From the NCBI RefSeq assembly GCF_004010195.1, contig NC_057718.1, positions 72,345,018-72,409,017 on the forward strand: a DNA stretch of 64,000 nt, written 5' to 3'. Origin of the DNA: Chiloscyllium plagiosum. Taxonomy: Eukaryota. The translations under genes were made by a program, and so were the position numbers. Below are positions 1 through 13,849 of this stretch, one piece after another. Position 1 is the first letter of the stretch, and every line of letters begins with the position of its first letter. The notes beneath the pieces were generated by a model. It had not been told where the DNA came from. It ran no database searches and saw nothing but the letters and a program-made list of their open reading frames with translations.

Positions 1-236
1 TGTTCACTCAGAGGGTGGTACATGAATGGAATGAACTGTCAGAGGAAGTGGTGGAGGCTGGTACAATTGCAACATTTAAAATGCAGCTCGATGGGTATAT
101 GAATGGGAAGGTTTGGAGGGATTTGGGCCAAGTGCTTGAAAAATAGTCTAGAGTAGGTTAGGATATCTGGTCGGCATGGTCGGATTGGATCAAAGGGTCT
201 GTTTCCATGCTGTACATCTCTATGACTGTATGACTC
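1..236 (+). mobile_element. CR1/HER1-type LINE 3' end
   Basis: Matches the tail of the CR1 copies at 2280-2516 and 53560-53798, ending in ...catctctatgact. Confidence 0.85.
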
Positions 237-245
237 CGTGATTTT

Positions 246-530
246 GTGACTCACTCCTTGTTATCTGTTATTCTGTCTGTAAACCACGTTGAACCCTTCG
301 ATTCGATTCCAATCTGTAACTCACTCTGGGCTATCTGTTATTCTGTATATAACCCACCCTGAACCCCTCGATTCGATTCCAGGCTGTAACTCACTCTGGG
401 CTGTCTGTTGTTCTGTATATAACCCACCCTGAACCCTGCGATTAGATTCCAGGCTGTAACTCACTCCAGGCTATCTGTTATTCTGTACGTAAACCACCCT
501 GAACACCGCGATGAGATTCCAGGCTGTAAC
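246..530. repeat. About 4 copies of a 70-bp tandem minisatellite
   Basis: tgtaactcact...gattccaggc recurs at 315, 385, 455 and 525, with a degenerate first unit at 246. Confidence 0.9.
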
Positions 531-536
531 TTCCAG

Positions 537-2516
537 TCATGGTTGAAAGGGAAGGCTGATAGTTATAGGGAATGCTGGCTGACTAAAGAAATTGAGGATT
601 TGGTTCAGAAAAAGATGGAAGCATATGTCAGGTATAGACAGGATAGATCGAGTGAATCCTTAGAAGCGTATAAAGGAATTTGGAGTATACTTAAGAGGGA
701 AATCAGGAGGGCAAAACGCGGACATGAGATAGCTTTGGCAAATAGAATTAAGGAGAATCCAAAGTGTTTTTACAAATAGATTAAGGACAAAGGGTAACTA
801 GGGAGAGAATAGGGCCCCTCTAAGATCAGCAAGGCGGCCTTTGTGTGGAGCCACAGAAAATGGGGAAGATATTAAATGAATATTTTGCATCAGTATTTAC
901 GTTGGAAAAAGATATGGAAGACATAGACTGTAGGGAAATCGATGGTGACATCTTGCAAAATGTCCCGATATACAGAGGAGGAAGTGCTGGATGTCTTCAA
1001 ATGGTTAAAGGTGGATAAATCCCCAGGACCTGATCAGGTGTACCCGAGAACTCTGTGGGAAGCTCGAGAAGTGATTGCTGGGCCTCTTGCTGAGATATTT
1101 GTATCATCGATAGACACAGGTGAGATGCCGGAAGACTGGAGTTTGGCAAACGTGGTGCCACTGTTTAAGAAGGGTGATAAAGACAAGCCAGGGAACTATA
1201 GACCGGTGAGCCTGACCTCAGCGTTGAGCAAGTTGTTGGAGGGAATCCTGAGGAAGAGGATGTACATGAATTTGGAAAGGCAAGGACTGATTCGGGATAG
1301 TCAACATGGCTTTGTGCGTGGNNNNNNNNNNNNNNNNNNNNNNNNNNNNNNNNNNNNNNNNNNNNNNNNNNNNNNNNNNNNNNNNNNNNNNNNNNNNNNN
1401 NNNNNNNNNNNNNNNNNNNNNNNNNNNNNNNNNNNNNNNNNNNNNNNNNNNNNNNNNNNNNNNNNNNNNNNNNNNNNNNNNNNNNNNNNNNNNNNNNNNN
1501 NNNNNNNNNNNNNNNNNGGTGCTGGGCCCTTTACTTTTTGTCATTTACATAAATGATTTCAATGCGAGCATAAGAGGTACAGTTGGTAAGTTAGCAGATG
1601 ACACCAAAATTGCAGGTTTAGTGGACGGCGAAGAGGGTTTCCTCAGATTACAACAGGATCTGGACCAGATGGGCCAATGGGCTGAGAAGTGGCAGATGGA
1701 GTTTAATTCAGATAAATGCGAGGTGCTGCATTTTGGGAAAGCAAATCTTAGCAGGACTTCTACATTTAATGGTAAGTTCCTAGGGTGTGTTGCTGAACAA
1801 AGAGACCTTGGAGTGCAGGTTCATAGCTCCTTGAAAGTGGAGTTGCAGGTAGATAGGATAGTGAAGGCGGCGTTTTGTATGCTTTCCTCTATTGGCCAGA
1901 GTACCGAGTACAGGAGTTGGGAGGTCATGTTGCGGCTGTACAGGGCATGGGTTAGGTCACTCTTGGAATATTGCGTGCAATTCTGGTCACCTTCCTATCG
2001 GAAAGATGTTGTGAAACTTGAAAGGGTTCAGAAAGGATTTACGAGGAGGTTGCCAGGGTTAGAGGATTTGAGCTTCAGGGAGAGGCTGAACAGGCTGGGG
2101 CTGTTTTCCCTGAAGTGTCAGAGGCTGAGGGATGACCTTATAGAGGTTTACAAAATTATGAGGGACATGGATAGGATAGGATAAATAGACAAAGTCTTTT
2201 CCTTGGGGTCAGGGAGTCCAGAACTAGAGGGCATTGGTTTAGTTTGAGAGGGGAAAGATATGAAAAAGAGTCCTGAGGGACAACTTTTTCACGCAGAAGG
2301 TGGTACGTGTATGGAGTGAGCTGCCAGAGGAAGGGTGGAGGCTGGTACAATTGCAACATTTAAGAGGCATTTGGATGGGTATATGAATAGGAAGGGTTTG
2401 GAGGGATATGGGCCGGGTGCTGGCAGGTGGGACAAGATTGGGTTGGGATATCTGGTCGGCATGGACAGGTTGGACCGAAGGGTCTGTTTCCATGCTTTAC
2501 ATCTCTATGATTCTAT
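537..2516 (+). mobile_element. 5'-truncated CR1/HER1-type LINE with disrupted ORF2 (RT) and 3' UTR
   Basis: KSPGPD, PGNYRPVSLTS, QHGF, VLGPLLFVIYIND and LADDTK motifs; frameshifted; spans the gap at 1322-1517. Confidence 0.95.
1322..1517. other. Assembly gap
   Basis: N run. Confidence 1.
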
Positions 2517-3399
2517 GTCCAGATACTGGAGGTCCAGAATGAGGTGCATGAAGAAAAAGCTTCTCGAAAATATATGTGCCCAGGCTTGGAAAGTATGGGC
2601 GTAAATTTAGGCAATGACTGCTACAATTTCCCTCTCATCAGTGGTATAGCCTCCTTCATCATGATAATGACAATTCACCTGGAGAATCATATCTAGTAAG
2701 CCATTTAGTGGATGCTGGCGAGAAGTGCAGACCTGCTATCATCTTGCTGAAAAGCTAAAGGAATGAATAACAGAGTCAGAGGGGCATGTGGAGTTTCAAT
2801 CTAATCCTCAAGTCGACATGGAGGCACAAGTGCGCCTTACAGGGGAGAAGATTTCAGCTCTTTAGCCCTGCTGTTGGTAACACCAATGACTCAAGTTGCC
2901 ATGATGACAGGTAAAGCTCCTGCTCCTGTCCAGAACCCTTCAGACCTCAGGCTACTTCATGCTTTGTCAGACAGGGATCTATAGATCCAACAATGAAAAC
3001 ACATTGGAGATATAAGAATGCTCTTTCTCAAGCACACCTTGAGATTTCTTTTGTGACCATAATGTGGTAGCTCTCCTGACTGCAAAAGGCCTCGCTGTCT
3101 GTGGTAGAGCAACCACCATGAAACCAGGCAGCACCAGTCATCTCTTCCATGGGTGTTACAATGTTCATGATTAGGGGACTGCTATTAGTTTGAGTTCTCT
3201 CCCTCAGACCTCAGGCTAACCTCATCATCACAGCAGCTAGATCAGCAACCTATTCCAGTATAAGTGGTGCAGAGAACAATGTATGAAAGAGTATGCTCAG
3301 AGTATGAAAGTATGTGGCCTGGGCAATATTAGATGCATTGGTGATCATCTTCCAAAATGCTGTAGATTCTGGAGCAGTTATTACATTTGGCAGTACAGT

Positions 3400-3920
3400 C
3401 ACTTGGTCTAAATTTCTAAGCTCAGGTTCATGTCAGAAGTTCACGTTTGTGGCATTTCCCATTTAACTGCACATTTCTGCATCAAAGTCATGACAAATGC
3501 CTTCTTCGGTAATGCTGATCTGTATGTGCATCACTGAATGGACGTAGTCAAAACAGGTTTAGCACCATTACTTTTCACCATGCACCAGACGTAAAGTCTT
3601 ACAGACAGTGTGCGTTTGTGATCACACCCTGACAGATCAGCCCGTCGTCTCAATATTCTCTATCACTCTCAGATGCCACAGAATTTTATAGTCCTCTCAC
3701 CCACCCTCCCATTTGACCTAAAGGATGCTGACAATGCACATCCACCAGACACCTGTGAGGAAACCTAAGTCAAAAGAAAGCTACATGCCACGCTGTAGAT
3801 GAAGGAAGCCTCAGGTCGACCTCTAATGAGGAAGGTGAGGAATCAGATGCCTAGCACCCTGAGACACATGAGAGACCATTTGAAGGATGTTGAGACATAG
3901 GTATAACAGAGGCATATGAC
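3400..3920 (+). mobile_element. Degenerate PIF/Harbinger transposase remnant
   Basis: Translation near 3444, VCGISHLTAHFCIKVMTNAFF, resembles HARBI1-like HTH segments; a VCDH motif lies near 3615. Confidence 0.45.
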
Positions 3921-4029
3921 ATACGTAATACAAATCCAACTCGACAAATAAAGAATGAAGACCCACTGCTCATGTCATTAAATACTCTTCAATTCTGCCC
4001 TCTAATAAGACTCTTTCAAGGATGAGTAA

Positions 4030-4980
4030 AGATAAATGTAGGTCTTTTACATTCAGAAGCCAGGGAAATTATTTTGTGGAACAAATAAATGGCAAAACAA
4101 CTGAACAGTATTTTGGTTCTGCCTTCACAGAGGAGAACACAAATAACCTCGCAGAAATGTTGTGGAACTAAGAGTCCAATCAGAATGCAGAATTAAAAGC
4201 TATCAGTACCAGTAAGGCAATGGGACTGGGAAATTAATAGGGTTAAAGGCTGACAAGTCACCAGAGTCTGATAATGTGCATCTCAGACTACTAAAGGAAG
4301 TGGCCGAGGAATTACTGGATATATAGGTGGTCATCTTCCAAAATTCTTTAGAATTCTGGAGGAGTTCCTACAAATTTGAGGGTGGCAAATGTAATCCCAT
4401 CACATAAAAAGGGAGGGAGAGGAAAAAAAAACAGTATTACAGACCTGTTACCCAAACTTCAGTCATGGAGAAAATGTTAGGATCACAAAAGACGTGATAA
4501 CAGAACATTCAGAAAGTATAGACATGATTGGATAAAGCAAGCATGGTTTTAATTTATGAGGAGAAAGTGAGGACTGCAGATGCTGGAGATCAGAGCTGAA
4601 AATGTGTTGCTGGAAAAGCGCAGCAGGTCAGGCAGCATCCAAGGAGCAGGAGAATCGACGTTTCGGACATATGAAAGGCAAATCATAGTTAACAAATTGA
4701 TTGGGAAGTGTTTGAGAATGAGGTAGCTAAATGTAACACATCTAAGTTTGCTGACAGCCCAAAACTGGACAGGATTAGGAGTTGTGAGGAAGATGCAACA
4801 AGGCTTCTGTGTAATTTAGACAAGTTGAGTCAGTGAGCAAACACATGGCAAATGAAATATAATGTGATTATGTAGTTACATGCTCTGGCGTGAAAAACAG
4901 AAAACCTGAAGATTATTTAAATGGTAACATATTGGTATGTGTGAATGTACAAAAGGATCTGCGTGTTCACCAGTCAATGA
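4030..4980 (+). mobile_element. Old CR1 ORF2 fragment, with a probable tail at about 8650-8785 beyond the LTR element
   Basis: Decayed KSPESD, YRPV, QHGF/MKGKS and KFADSPK motifs. Confidence 0.75.
4559..4670 (-). mobile_element. Short Penelope-derived element, family A, single arm
   Basis: aggagaaagtgaggactgcagatgctggagatc...gacgtttcgg interrupts the CR1 QHGF|MKGK codons. Confidence 0.8.
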
Positions 4981-4982
4981 AA

Positions 4983-7900
4983 AGATCTGGATTTGAGAGA
5001 GCTGGCTACACACATTCAGGTTGTTAAAAAAGCTAAAGACTCCCAAGCTGTTTCCTTAAGTGTTATTCAGTAGCCATTTTGGTACCACTCCCTTACAACT
5101 TCTCTTGAAAACAAAACAGGACAAAATATTCTCTTAAAGTGACAGCATCATCACAACTCCTGCTTAAAATAAAACATCAATATACAAAGATGGATTCATA
5201 TTTAAAATCCTTAGTCTTACTCTATTAGTACACTACAATCCATCTACATAACATTGACTCTTAGCATGCAACATTCATTACTATATAGTATTTTGGTCAT
5301 TCTACTCACGCCACTGAAGGCCTCCATCTTTCTTCATCAAAGCCACGACAACGCATCGGCAATTACATTTTCTCATCCTGCCACATGTATAATTTTCGAA
5401 TTGAATAGCTGCATTAATAAGCTCCATCTAAACAGTCTGGAATTTTCAAACCAAATGGCATGACTTTAAATTGGTATAGGCCATTTGATGTCATTTAATT
5501 GTCTTTGCTCTTTCGGGTAAAGGTATCTCCCAGTATCGTCTGAGTAAGTTCAACTTAGAAATATAAGCTGTTTGCCTCACCTTCTAAATATAGTCTTCCA
5601 ACGTGGAATAGGATATGAAATAAACTTTGTAACTACACTGACTTTGTCATAACCCACACATAATCATTGAGCACCATCTGATTTTGACACTATTACTATG
5701 GGCAAGCTCCAGTCACTGCAACTCACTTCAATTATGTTGTCTTTAAACATGCATTCAATCTCTGTTTGAACTTGTGCCAACTTTAGAAGGTTAAGTCTAT
5801 AAGGATATTGCTTAATTAGAATACTATTTCCTATTTCTATATCATAGAACATAGAACATAGAAGAATACAGCACAGTACAGGCCCTTTGGCCCTCGATGT
5901 TGCGCCGATCCAAGCCCACCTAACCTATACTAACCCACTATCCTCCATATACCTATCCAATGCCCGCTTAAATGCCCATAAAGAGGGAGAGTCCACCCAC
6001 ATTACACAAATGTGTAATTTGTTTAGTACTTCCCAGCTTATTTCCACATATCTCCCCATGTGGTAGTAATAACTCTTTCAGATCATTTCAATTTTCCTCT
6101 GGAAGGTAACTCAATAATTTACTCCAATTTTTGAGAACTTACCATTGCCCGATTTGAAGTGAGGAATGTCCAATTCAGAATTCTCTACTTGTTTCTTCAC
6201 TATGTTGTAACCAATAACATATTCTCCTTTGCTTTCCTTCCTTCAAGGTACCTTTTCAGCATATTCATATGATACACTGTCAGATTTCTTTCTACCTAGT
6301 GTTCTTATCAAAGAATTCACTTCACTGGATCTTCTTTTGATTTGATAAGGTTCATTAAACCTTGCTTATAAAGGTTCACATCACTGCAAGTAACACTAAC
6401 ATTTTGTTTCCACTTGTAAAATTGGAATTTTTTCATTTCTTGTCTGATTCCTGTTTCATCACATGCTGTGCTACTTTTAAATGCTGTTTAGTCAACTCAC
6501 CCACTCTATTTAATCTTTTCCTAAAATTTGACATTGTCGAAATATGTGGTCTCTGAACTCTGTCTCATTGTTTACTCCTTAATTAATTTCAGTGGTCTGC
6601 TCACCTCATGCCCAAATGGATAACTTTGATAGATTCATTTGGTGCATTCCTAATTGCAAAATGTACAAATGGAATACCTTTGTGCCAATCCTCTGCATAA
6701 TCTTAACTATAAATTTTCAACTTGGTCTTTAAAATGTGATGTCACCACTGTAATGCTCCCAATGATCCTGGATGGTATGTAGTGGATTTGAATTGTTTTA
6801 TTCCTATCTATAACTATCTATTTTATGCTATCTATAACTTCCCTGAATAATTTTAATGTAAAATTTGACCCTTGATCCAATTATGTCTCTGCGGGTAGTC
6901 CATATCTAGTAAAAATAAAATTGAGTAGGTCCTTTGATATTCTGTAATGAAATGGACTCTGGAAATAAGGTGGACACTTCCATTTTTGTGAACAAATAAT
7001 GATTCCCACATTTTGTTTTAAGAAGGGGTCCAATGCAATCAATTAACACTTTCTTCTCAAACAACCCCTGACCAGGTTGCAAATTCTGGTGCAGCTTTTT
7101 AGCAGTGAAAACACCTGATCTTTTTTACTTCACTTTCCCCAGTCATGGGTTTCCTATGATAAACAATCTTCATTGTCTGCTACCACCCAAGGATTTCTGT
7201 TTTCTCCAATTTCTATCCCTCACAAATTGAAATTGATATCAGAAGCCAAAGTTTGATTTATGAACCAACTCAATCACTGGCCATTCCAGCTGCTTCAGCT
7301 TACAGTTTTAACTGTCTGCTTTTCCATACATGCTCTCAGTACTACAGGAAGTGAATTTTTGAACTCCTCCAAAATAATCATATCAGATGATTATTGTAAG
7401 TTTGACTTATTTTCAATGCCCTACTACACCTACCAAAATTACTTTTTTTTGATCATTTCAACTCAACGTATGTTGGACCAGGGTCCCTCCTTAGATTCCT
7501 GAAACATTGTCTTTAGGCTTCTGGCACAAGCTCATATGTACTTAAGGTAGCATATTTCACCTCTTCATACTCCCCAGATACCTCCTCTGATAGTGATGCA
7601 AATACTTCACGAGTTCTACCAAGTTCACTGGCCACTTCATTTGCTTAGCCACTTTCTCAAATCAAATGAAAAAGGCTTCTACATCCTGCTCATCGAATGT
7701 AGGGAATGTTTAGACATATTTAGACAGATTCCCACCAAGCCTTTGGCTACAATTAGTTTGCTCATCTACTATCCTCTTCACTAAGTCGACTTTCCTCTCT
7801 AATTCAGCGAAAGGAAGGACTGCAGATGCTGGAGATTAGAGTCAAGATTAGAGTGGTGCTGGAAATGCACAGCAGGTCAGGCAGCATCTGAGGAGTAGGA

Positions 7901-8634
7901 AACTCAATGTTTTGGGCAGGAGCCCTTTTATCAGGAATTACTGATTTCTGATAATTCTGAAAGCCTTTAAGTCCAACAATCCTAAACACAACTTGGAATT
8001 ACTGATCCTAACAGGCCCCCCAATTTGTTATGGATCAGACCAGACCTCAAAATAGTTTAAAGGGGTAGCCTGGACCCTACCTTTCTCTTATTTTAAAGAT
8101 AGATATGAAATGTGATGTTCCAGATGCAATGTGACTGGCCAAACTACTTGACGTTAAGCAAAACACAATGTATGGAAACACAATAGTTAAAAAATGGACA
8201 AAAGAAAGTAGAATTTAGACTATTTGAAAGCTTAACCGAATGCTCAATACAATAACTATTACTAATTAACTGTTCCAATCTGAAGACCTTTCATTAACAC
8301 ACCGCTTGTCAAAAAGGCAAATTCAGACACAGATTCTCACATACAGTTCTCCAATCCGGGAGGAAACAACATAAAAAGAAAATTCAGAGAAAGTCGCAGC
8401 TCAGGCACATACATAGAGGCTTCCAACTTTTTGAAATCCTAATATCCTCTGATGTTACTGAAACCAGAAATATGGATCTGAGAGAGCTGGCTACACCCTT
8501 TCAGGCTGTTAAAACAAATCCAAGTCCTTCCAAGCTATTTACTGAAATTGTCTCCAGTAGCCAATTCTGCCTTACAACCTCTCTTCAAAAGAAGCTAGGG
8601 CAAAATAACCTCTTAAAGTGACAACATTGTCACA
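4983..8634 (-). mobile_element. Decayed Gmr1-like LTR retrotransposon (gag - integrase - RT order)
   Basis: 5' LTR at 8634-8026 (TG...CA), then a tRNA-Pro-like PBS (TGGGGGGCCTGTTAGGAT). gag FDEQDVEAFF..FEKVAKQMKWP at about 7700; integrase VLIDCIGPL at about 7045; RT IKQYPYRL...DWSLPIVIV at 5850-5660; partial 3' LTR at 5155-4983. Confidence 0.8.
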
Positions 8635-9857
8635 ATATTCATCTAAAGAATATTTTGAGATTTTAAAAGCATCAAGCGTTATAGGGAAAAAGCAGGAAGA
8701 TGGCACAGAGACAGCTATGATCATACTGAATGACAGAGCAAGTGTGAAGGACCGACTGGTGCACTCCTGCTCCTAGTTTCTATGATTGGTGACCTCGGAC
8801 AACAACCAGTACAGCCATAGTATCCTCCATTACTATACCACAAAGATCAGTCAGAAGGAGAGCCACAATCTTTGGCTACGCAGATGATTTGACATCTGCA
8901 TGTAGCTCATTCATTGGCTGTCTACACTGGCTACAGGTTACTTTTCACTCCACATTTCTGCTTGCTCGCAGTCTGCTTTGGGTTCTTCTGTGGCTTCCTA
9001 TGCAGGTAAACAAAAGATTTCTGTTGTCCTATTCAGTATATACACAACTCTCCCCTCTCAGGTTGCCCTGCTCACTTGACGTTCCTTCTGAACAATGTCC
9101 ATGGCATTTAGGTACTATTGGCCTGACCAGCATGTGCTGCTAGTTGTTACTGCATTGTTGACCAACTCACAAGCCCCCAGACTCCCCTCTCTACATTGCC
9201 AAACGCATAATGTTATCATTGGGACCTGTATCATAAATCAACAACTGTCCAACTCCTACAACGACTGCAAGAATGAAGACTCATTCCTCAGCTGTCAAGT
9301 TCAACAATGACAACAGGTGTCACCAGCTGTCACTTTTTAAAAGCTGCCAAGGCTTTAACGTTGTGTGTTCCGTGCATGCTTACCAATAAATTCAAAATTG
9401 TGGTTTATTATCTCTTTGACTGGCCTAAATGCCTGTTACTTGCTGATTTAAAGAAAGTGTGTGATGTCTCATTGTGACTTCCCAACTGCTTCTTATAAAA
9501 TTTGCATCCAGCATTAGGGGGAGATCCAACCCAATTTTACAGATTGTCCACGCTAATTGCCATTCATTTTTAAGATCACAATCTCACCATTTTGCACATT
9601 TGTGAGTGAAAAAAAACAAATACACCAGTTAACCATGCAGAGTGCCCATTCTATACGGCCTCTGCACTTTAGCCCACCGACATATGGTGACTTCAATTTG
9701 CTGTACTAATATAATTGCAACTCTATGGTGCAAAAATGCTACCTCAATGTTTCACCACTTAGTTCAATTTATTCAATTATAATTATTACATATTTTAAAA
9801 GGCTAAAAGCTTGCCATGTATTTCAACTCTGTCTCAATAATGGAAATATTTACTAAC

Positions 9858-9947
9858 CATCCAGGGGCAATGAGAAAATCTTGGCTGTGGCTTGCACCAG
9901 TCTTTTGACTGCCTTTTGTAGTCCTTTTCTGGCTTTGCCTGGAACTC
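9858..9947 (-). CDS. Candidate internal exon (90 nt) of an unidentified gene; phase-1 reading GVPGKARKGLQKAVKRLVQATAKIFSLPLD
   Basis: Acceptor tgctgttttttag, donor G|gttagt, non-repetitive sequence; all three frames are open, so the frame is inferred. Confidence 0.5.
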
Positions 9948-10106
9948 CTAAAAAACAGCAAAACTGACAATCAACATTATGCAAACTGAACATGAGCTTT
10001 GAGAATGGGAAGATTAAAGAAGAGAAACACTGCAAACTTCCCAGTTGGAACAAATCACCAAATAAATTAAGTCAATTTTTTTTGTCTTGCACTTATCAAG
10101 ACTAGA

Positions 10107-10250
10107 AAGCATCCAAGGAGCAGGCGAGTCAATGTTTCGGGCAATGCCCTTCACCAGGAATCATTCTGAAGGGCTTATGCCCGAAACATCGATCCTTCTG
10201 CTGGTCAGATGCTGCCTTACCTGCTGTGCTTTTCCAGCACCACACTTTTT
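10107..10250. mobile_element. Fold-back Penelope-derived element, family A, degenerate
   Basis: Inverted arms around ...tttcgggcaatgcccttc / gaagggcttatgcccgaaac... Confidence 0.75.
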
Positions 10251-10490
10251 GATGATGCATCTTATTAAACTCAGTCCACACAGGTAGACACTGGTTTGAC
10301 TGAGTATGTCATGCACAGAACAGCGGGGACTGGCATTAGATAAGAACTAGGAGCAAAAGAAGACAACTCAGCCCCTTATAAGTCTGTTCTACCATTTGAT
10401 ACGATCATGGCTGATCCCATCTCGGCATTAACCCTTCCATTTTCCTGCCTGCTCTCCATAACCCTTTAACACATGACTAATTAAAAATCT

Positions 10491-10691
10491 TGATTTGGAG
10501 ATGCTGGTGTTGGACTGGGGTGTACAAAGTTAAAAATGACAACACCAGGTTAAAGTCTAACAAGTTTACTTGGAGGCAGTAGCTTTCGGAGCGCAGCTCC
10601 TTCATCAGGTGACAATCACCTGATGAAGGAGCGATGCTCCGAAAGCTGGTGCTTCCAATTAAACCTGTTGGACTATAACCTGGTGTTGTGA
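10491..10691. mobile_element. Fold-back Penelope-derived element, family B, with hammerhead cores on both strands
   Basis: Arms inverted about caggtgacaatcacctg; 12-bp TSD aattaaaaatct at 10479-10490 and 10692-10703. Confidence 0.8.
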
Positions 10692-10921
10692 AATTAAAAA
10701 TCTGTCTACTTCCTCCTTACTTTTAATGTCCCAACATCCACCGAATTCTGAGGTAATGAATTCCATAGATTTACAACCTTTTGAGAGAATTAATTTCTTA
10801 TTTTGGTTTTAAATCTGCTATCACTTCTCCTAAAACCATGATCTCTTTTTCCAGATTGCCCCATGAGAAAATATCCTTTCTACTTTATCCTTTCTCTTTC
10901 ATGGCTTATCTCCTCCAATTA

Positions 10922-11916
10922 CATAGAGTCATAGAGATGTACAGCATGGAAACAGATCCTTCGGTCCAACCTGTCCATGCCGACCAGATATTCCAACCCA
11001 ATCTAGTCCCACCTGTCAGCACACGGCCCATATCCCTCCAAACCCTTCCTATTTATATACCCATCCAAATGCCTCTTAAATGTTGCAATTGTACCAGCCT
11101 CCACCACATCCTCTGGCAGCTTATTCCATACACGTACCATCCTCTACGTGAAAAAGTTGCCCCTTAGGTCTCTTTTATATCTTTCCCCTCTCACCTTAAA
11201 CTTATGCCCTTTAGTTCTGGACTCCCTCACCCCAGGAAAAAGACTTTATTTATCCTACCCATGCCCCTCATAATTTTGTAAACCTCTAAGGTCACCCCTC
11301 AGCCTCCGACACGCCAGGGAAAACAGCCCCAGTCTGTTCAGCCTCTCCCTATAGCTCAAATCCTCCAACCCTGGCAACATCCTTGTAAATCTTTTCTGAA
11401 CCCTTTCAAGTTTCACAACATCTTTCTGATAGGAAGGAGACCAGAATTGCACACAATATTCCAACAGTGGCCTAACCAACGTCCTGTACAGCCGCAACAT
11501 GACCTCCCAACTCCTGTACTCAATACTCTGACCAACAAAGGAAAGCATACCAAACGCCTTCTTCACTATCCTATTTAACTGCGACTCCACTTTCAAGGAG
11601 CTATGAACCTGCACTCCCTAAGACCTTACCATTAAGTGTATAAGTCTTGCTAAGATTTGCTTTCCCAAAATGCAGCACCTCGCATTTATCTGAATTAACC
11701 TACGCCTGCCACTTCTCAGCCCATTGGCCCATCTGGTCCAGATCCTGCTGTAATCGGAGGTAACCCTCTTTGCTGTCCACTACACTTCCAATTTTGGTGT
11801 CATCTGCAAACTTACTAACTGTACCTCTTATGCTCGCATCCAAATCATTGATGTAAATGACAAAAAGTAGCGGACCCAGCACCGATCCTTGTGGCACTCC
11901 ACTGGTCACAGGCCTC
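10922..11916 (-). mobile_element. Young 5'-truncated CR1/HER1 LINE
   Basis: SGVPQGSVLGPLLF, KFADDTK and RPLLEYCVQFWSP motifs; intact 3' tail. Confidence 0.95.
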
Positions 11917-13093
11917 CCCAGGGAGTGTACGCTTAATCTGTTTTTTCACGAGACAAACCCCTCATACCTGGAATCAATTTCGTGAACCTCCTTTGAAATG
12001 TCTCCGATACAACAACATCCCTCCTCAGGAAGGGGACCAAACTGCATGTAATATTCCAGGTGCAGTTTGACTAAAACCTTGTACAGTTGCTGCAACAATT
12101 ATCTATTTTTATATTTTGTACCGTTAGTAATTAATGCTAAAATTTCATTTGCCTTCCTTGTTACCTGCAGTAACGACATGCTAGTTTTCTGAGAATCATG
12201 CATGAGGACATCCAGACCCCTCTGCACTGAAGCACTCTGCAGTTTCTCTATTTAGACAATACATTTCCTTTCTTTTCTTCGAACAAAAATGACTGGGCTC
12301 ACACTTATTCACAATAAATTTGATCAGCCAAATTTTGGCTGATTCACCTAACCTATAATATCCATTTATAAATTTATTTCTTCATTGCAATTAACATTTC
12401 CACCTATGTTACTGTGATCTGCAAATGTGGTTATCCAGGTCAATCAAATAGATTATAAATAGTTGAGCCCCGAGGACTGAACCTCATGGCATCCCACTAA
12501 TTATATCTTGCCAAACAGAAAAATACCATTTATCCCAACTCTCTACTTTCTATTAGTTAGCCATCCTCTATCCAAGCTAACAAATTACCCATAACCCCTT
12601 CCTACAATACACCGACATCAGTTCCTCATTATCCATATTGCTTGTTATATCTTCAATGAAATCTAGCAAATTAGTGAAACATGATTTACCCTTCATAAAA
12701 CCATGCTTACACTGATGCATTCTACTTTGACTTCCCATTGTTAATAATGGGTTTTAACAATCTCCCAACATGTTAAGCTGACTGGTTTGTCGTCACCGGC
12801 TTTCTGAATCCCAGTGTTTTTGAATAAGAATCTTATATTTGCATTTTTCCTATCCAATGGAACCTTTCTTGCATCCAGGCATTTTTGAAATATTGTAATC
12901 AATGGATTCACTACCTCTGCTGTTACTTCCTTTATGTCTGGGCTATTAGGCCCTGGGTTCTGATCTGGCTTCAATCTCAAAAATCTGCTTAGTACTTTTT
13001 ACCTCGTGATAATAACAATTCCAAGTTCCTCTCTTTCTATAATATCTGTACGGGATGGTAGTGTGAAAAGGAAAGCTAAATATGACTTAGTTT

Positions 13094-13378
13094 CCCTAAC
13101 ACGGTCTTGGAGGAGCTGGAGATGGGTGCACTTCCTGCAAGTGTAATCGGCAGGGACGTCGATGGCATCCCTCACCTCATACATGTTGCAGGAGGAACAT
13201 TGCACTGCCTTCACTGCCATCCCTCTAAAGCTAACTGTTTAAAAAAAAACTGTGTCCAAATAATACAAGCAAAATTCAGCACTTACCTGCTTGCCACAAC
13301 AGATGTTATTATTAGGTTAGAGGAGGAGGGCGGGTGGGAGGCACTACCCGTGTAGTGCCTCGGGTTCCTCTCCTTCAC
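13094..13378 (-). mobile_element. CR1 5' UTR and ORF1 N-terminal Cys-rich fragment between 107-bp direct repeats
   Basis: MAVKAVQCSSCNMYE...YTCRKC; homologous to the CxxC region at about 58800-58890. Confidence 0.65.
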
Positions 13379-13849
13379 GCTTAGTACTTTTTATCTCGTG
13401 ATAATAACAATTCCAAGTTCCTCTCTTTCTATAATATCTGTACGGGATGGTAGTGTGAAAAGGAAAGCTAAATATTGACTTAGTTTACGTTCATCATACT
13501 TGCCTTAATAAAAGCAGTGCTATGTATGGACAAATTCATTTTATCGAAAAACAGCAGGGTCCTGTTTATGAATGTGTAGCTTTTAGCACATGAAAATGAA
13601 TCACACTGTCAGCCCAAATGATAATCTTGAATTAGTTTGAGACTCAATTTTGAGCACACTCAGGTTTATTCAGTAAATGTGGTCCAACAGTAGAATTGCA
13701 ACCAATGTCAGGCACGATATTCTGAGGTATGCAAGCACAGACTAGTTGAACAATTGTTAGCATGCTGCAGATAATCAAAGGAATATGTTGTTTGATACAA
13801 TCTGCCAATCATTGTAGAAACAAAAACAGAAGTTGAGGCAGGGTCACTG

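Larger units (their letters stand above)
10340..12985 (-). mobile_element. Old CR1 fragment interrupted by a family-B element and a younger CR1
   Basis: Tail at about 10340; RT remnants at 11930-12980 (PDQNPGP, KPVSLT). Confidence 0.7.

Noticed and set aside
246..530. CRISPR-like array
   Set aside because: Whole 70-bp units repeat with no unique spacers, there are no cas genes, and the context is vertebrate
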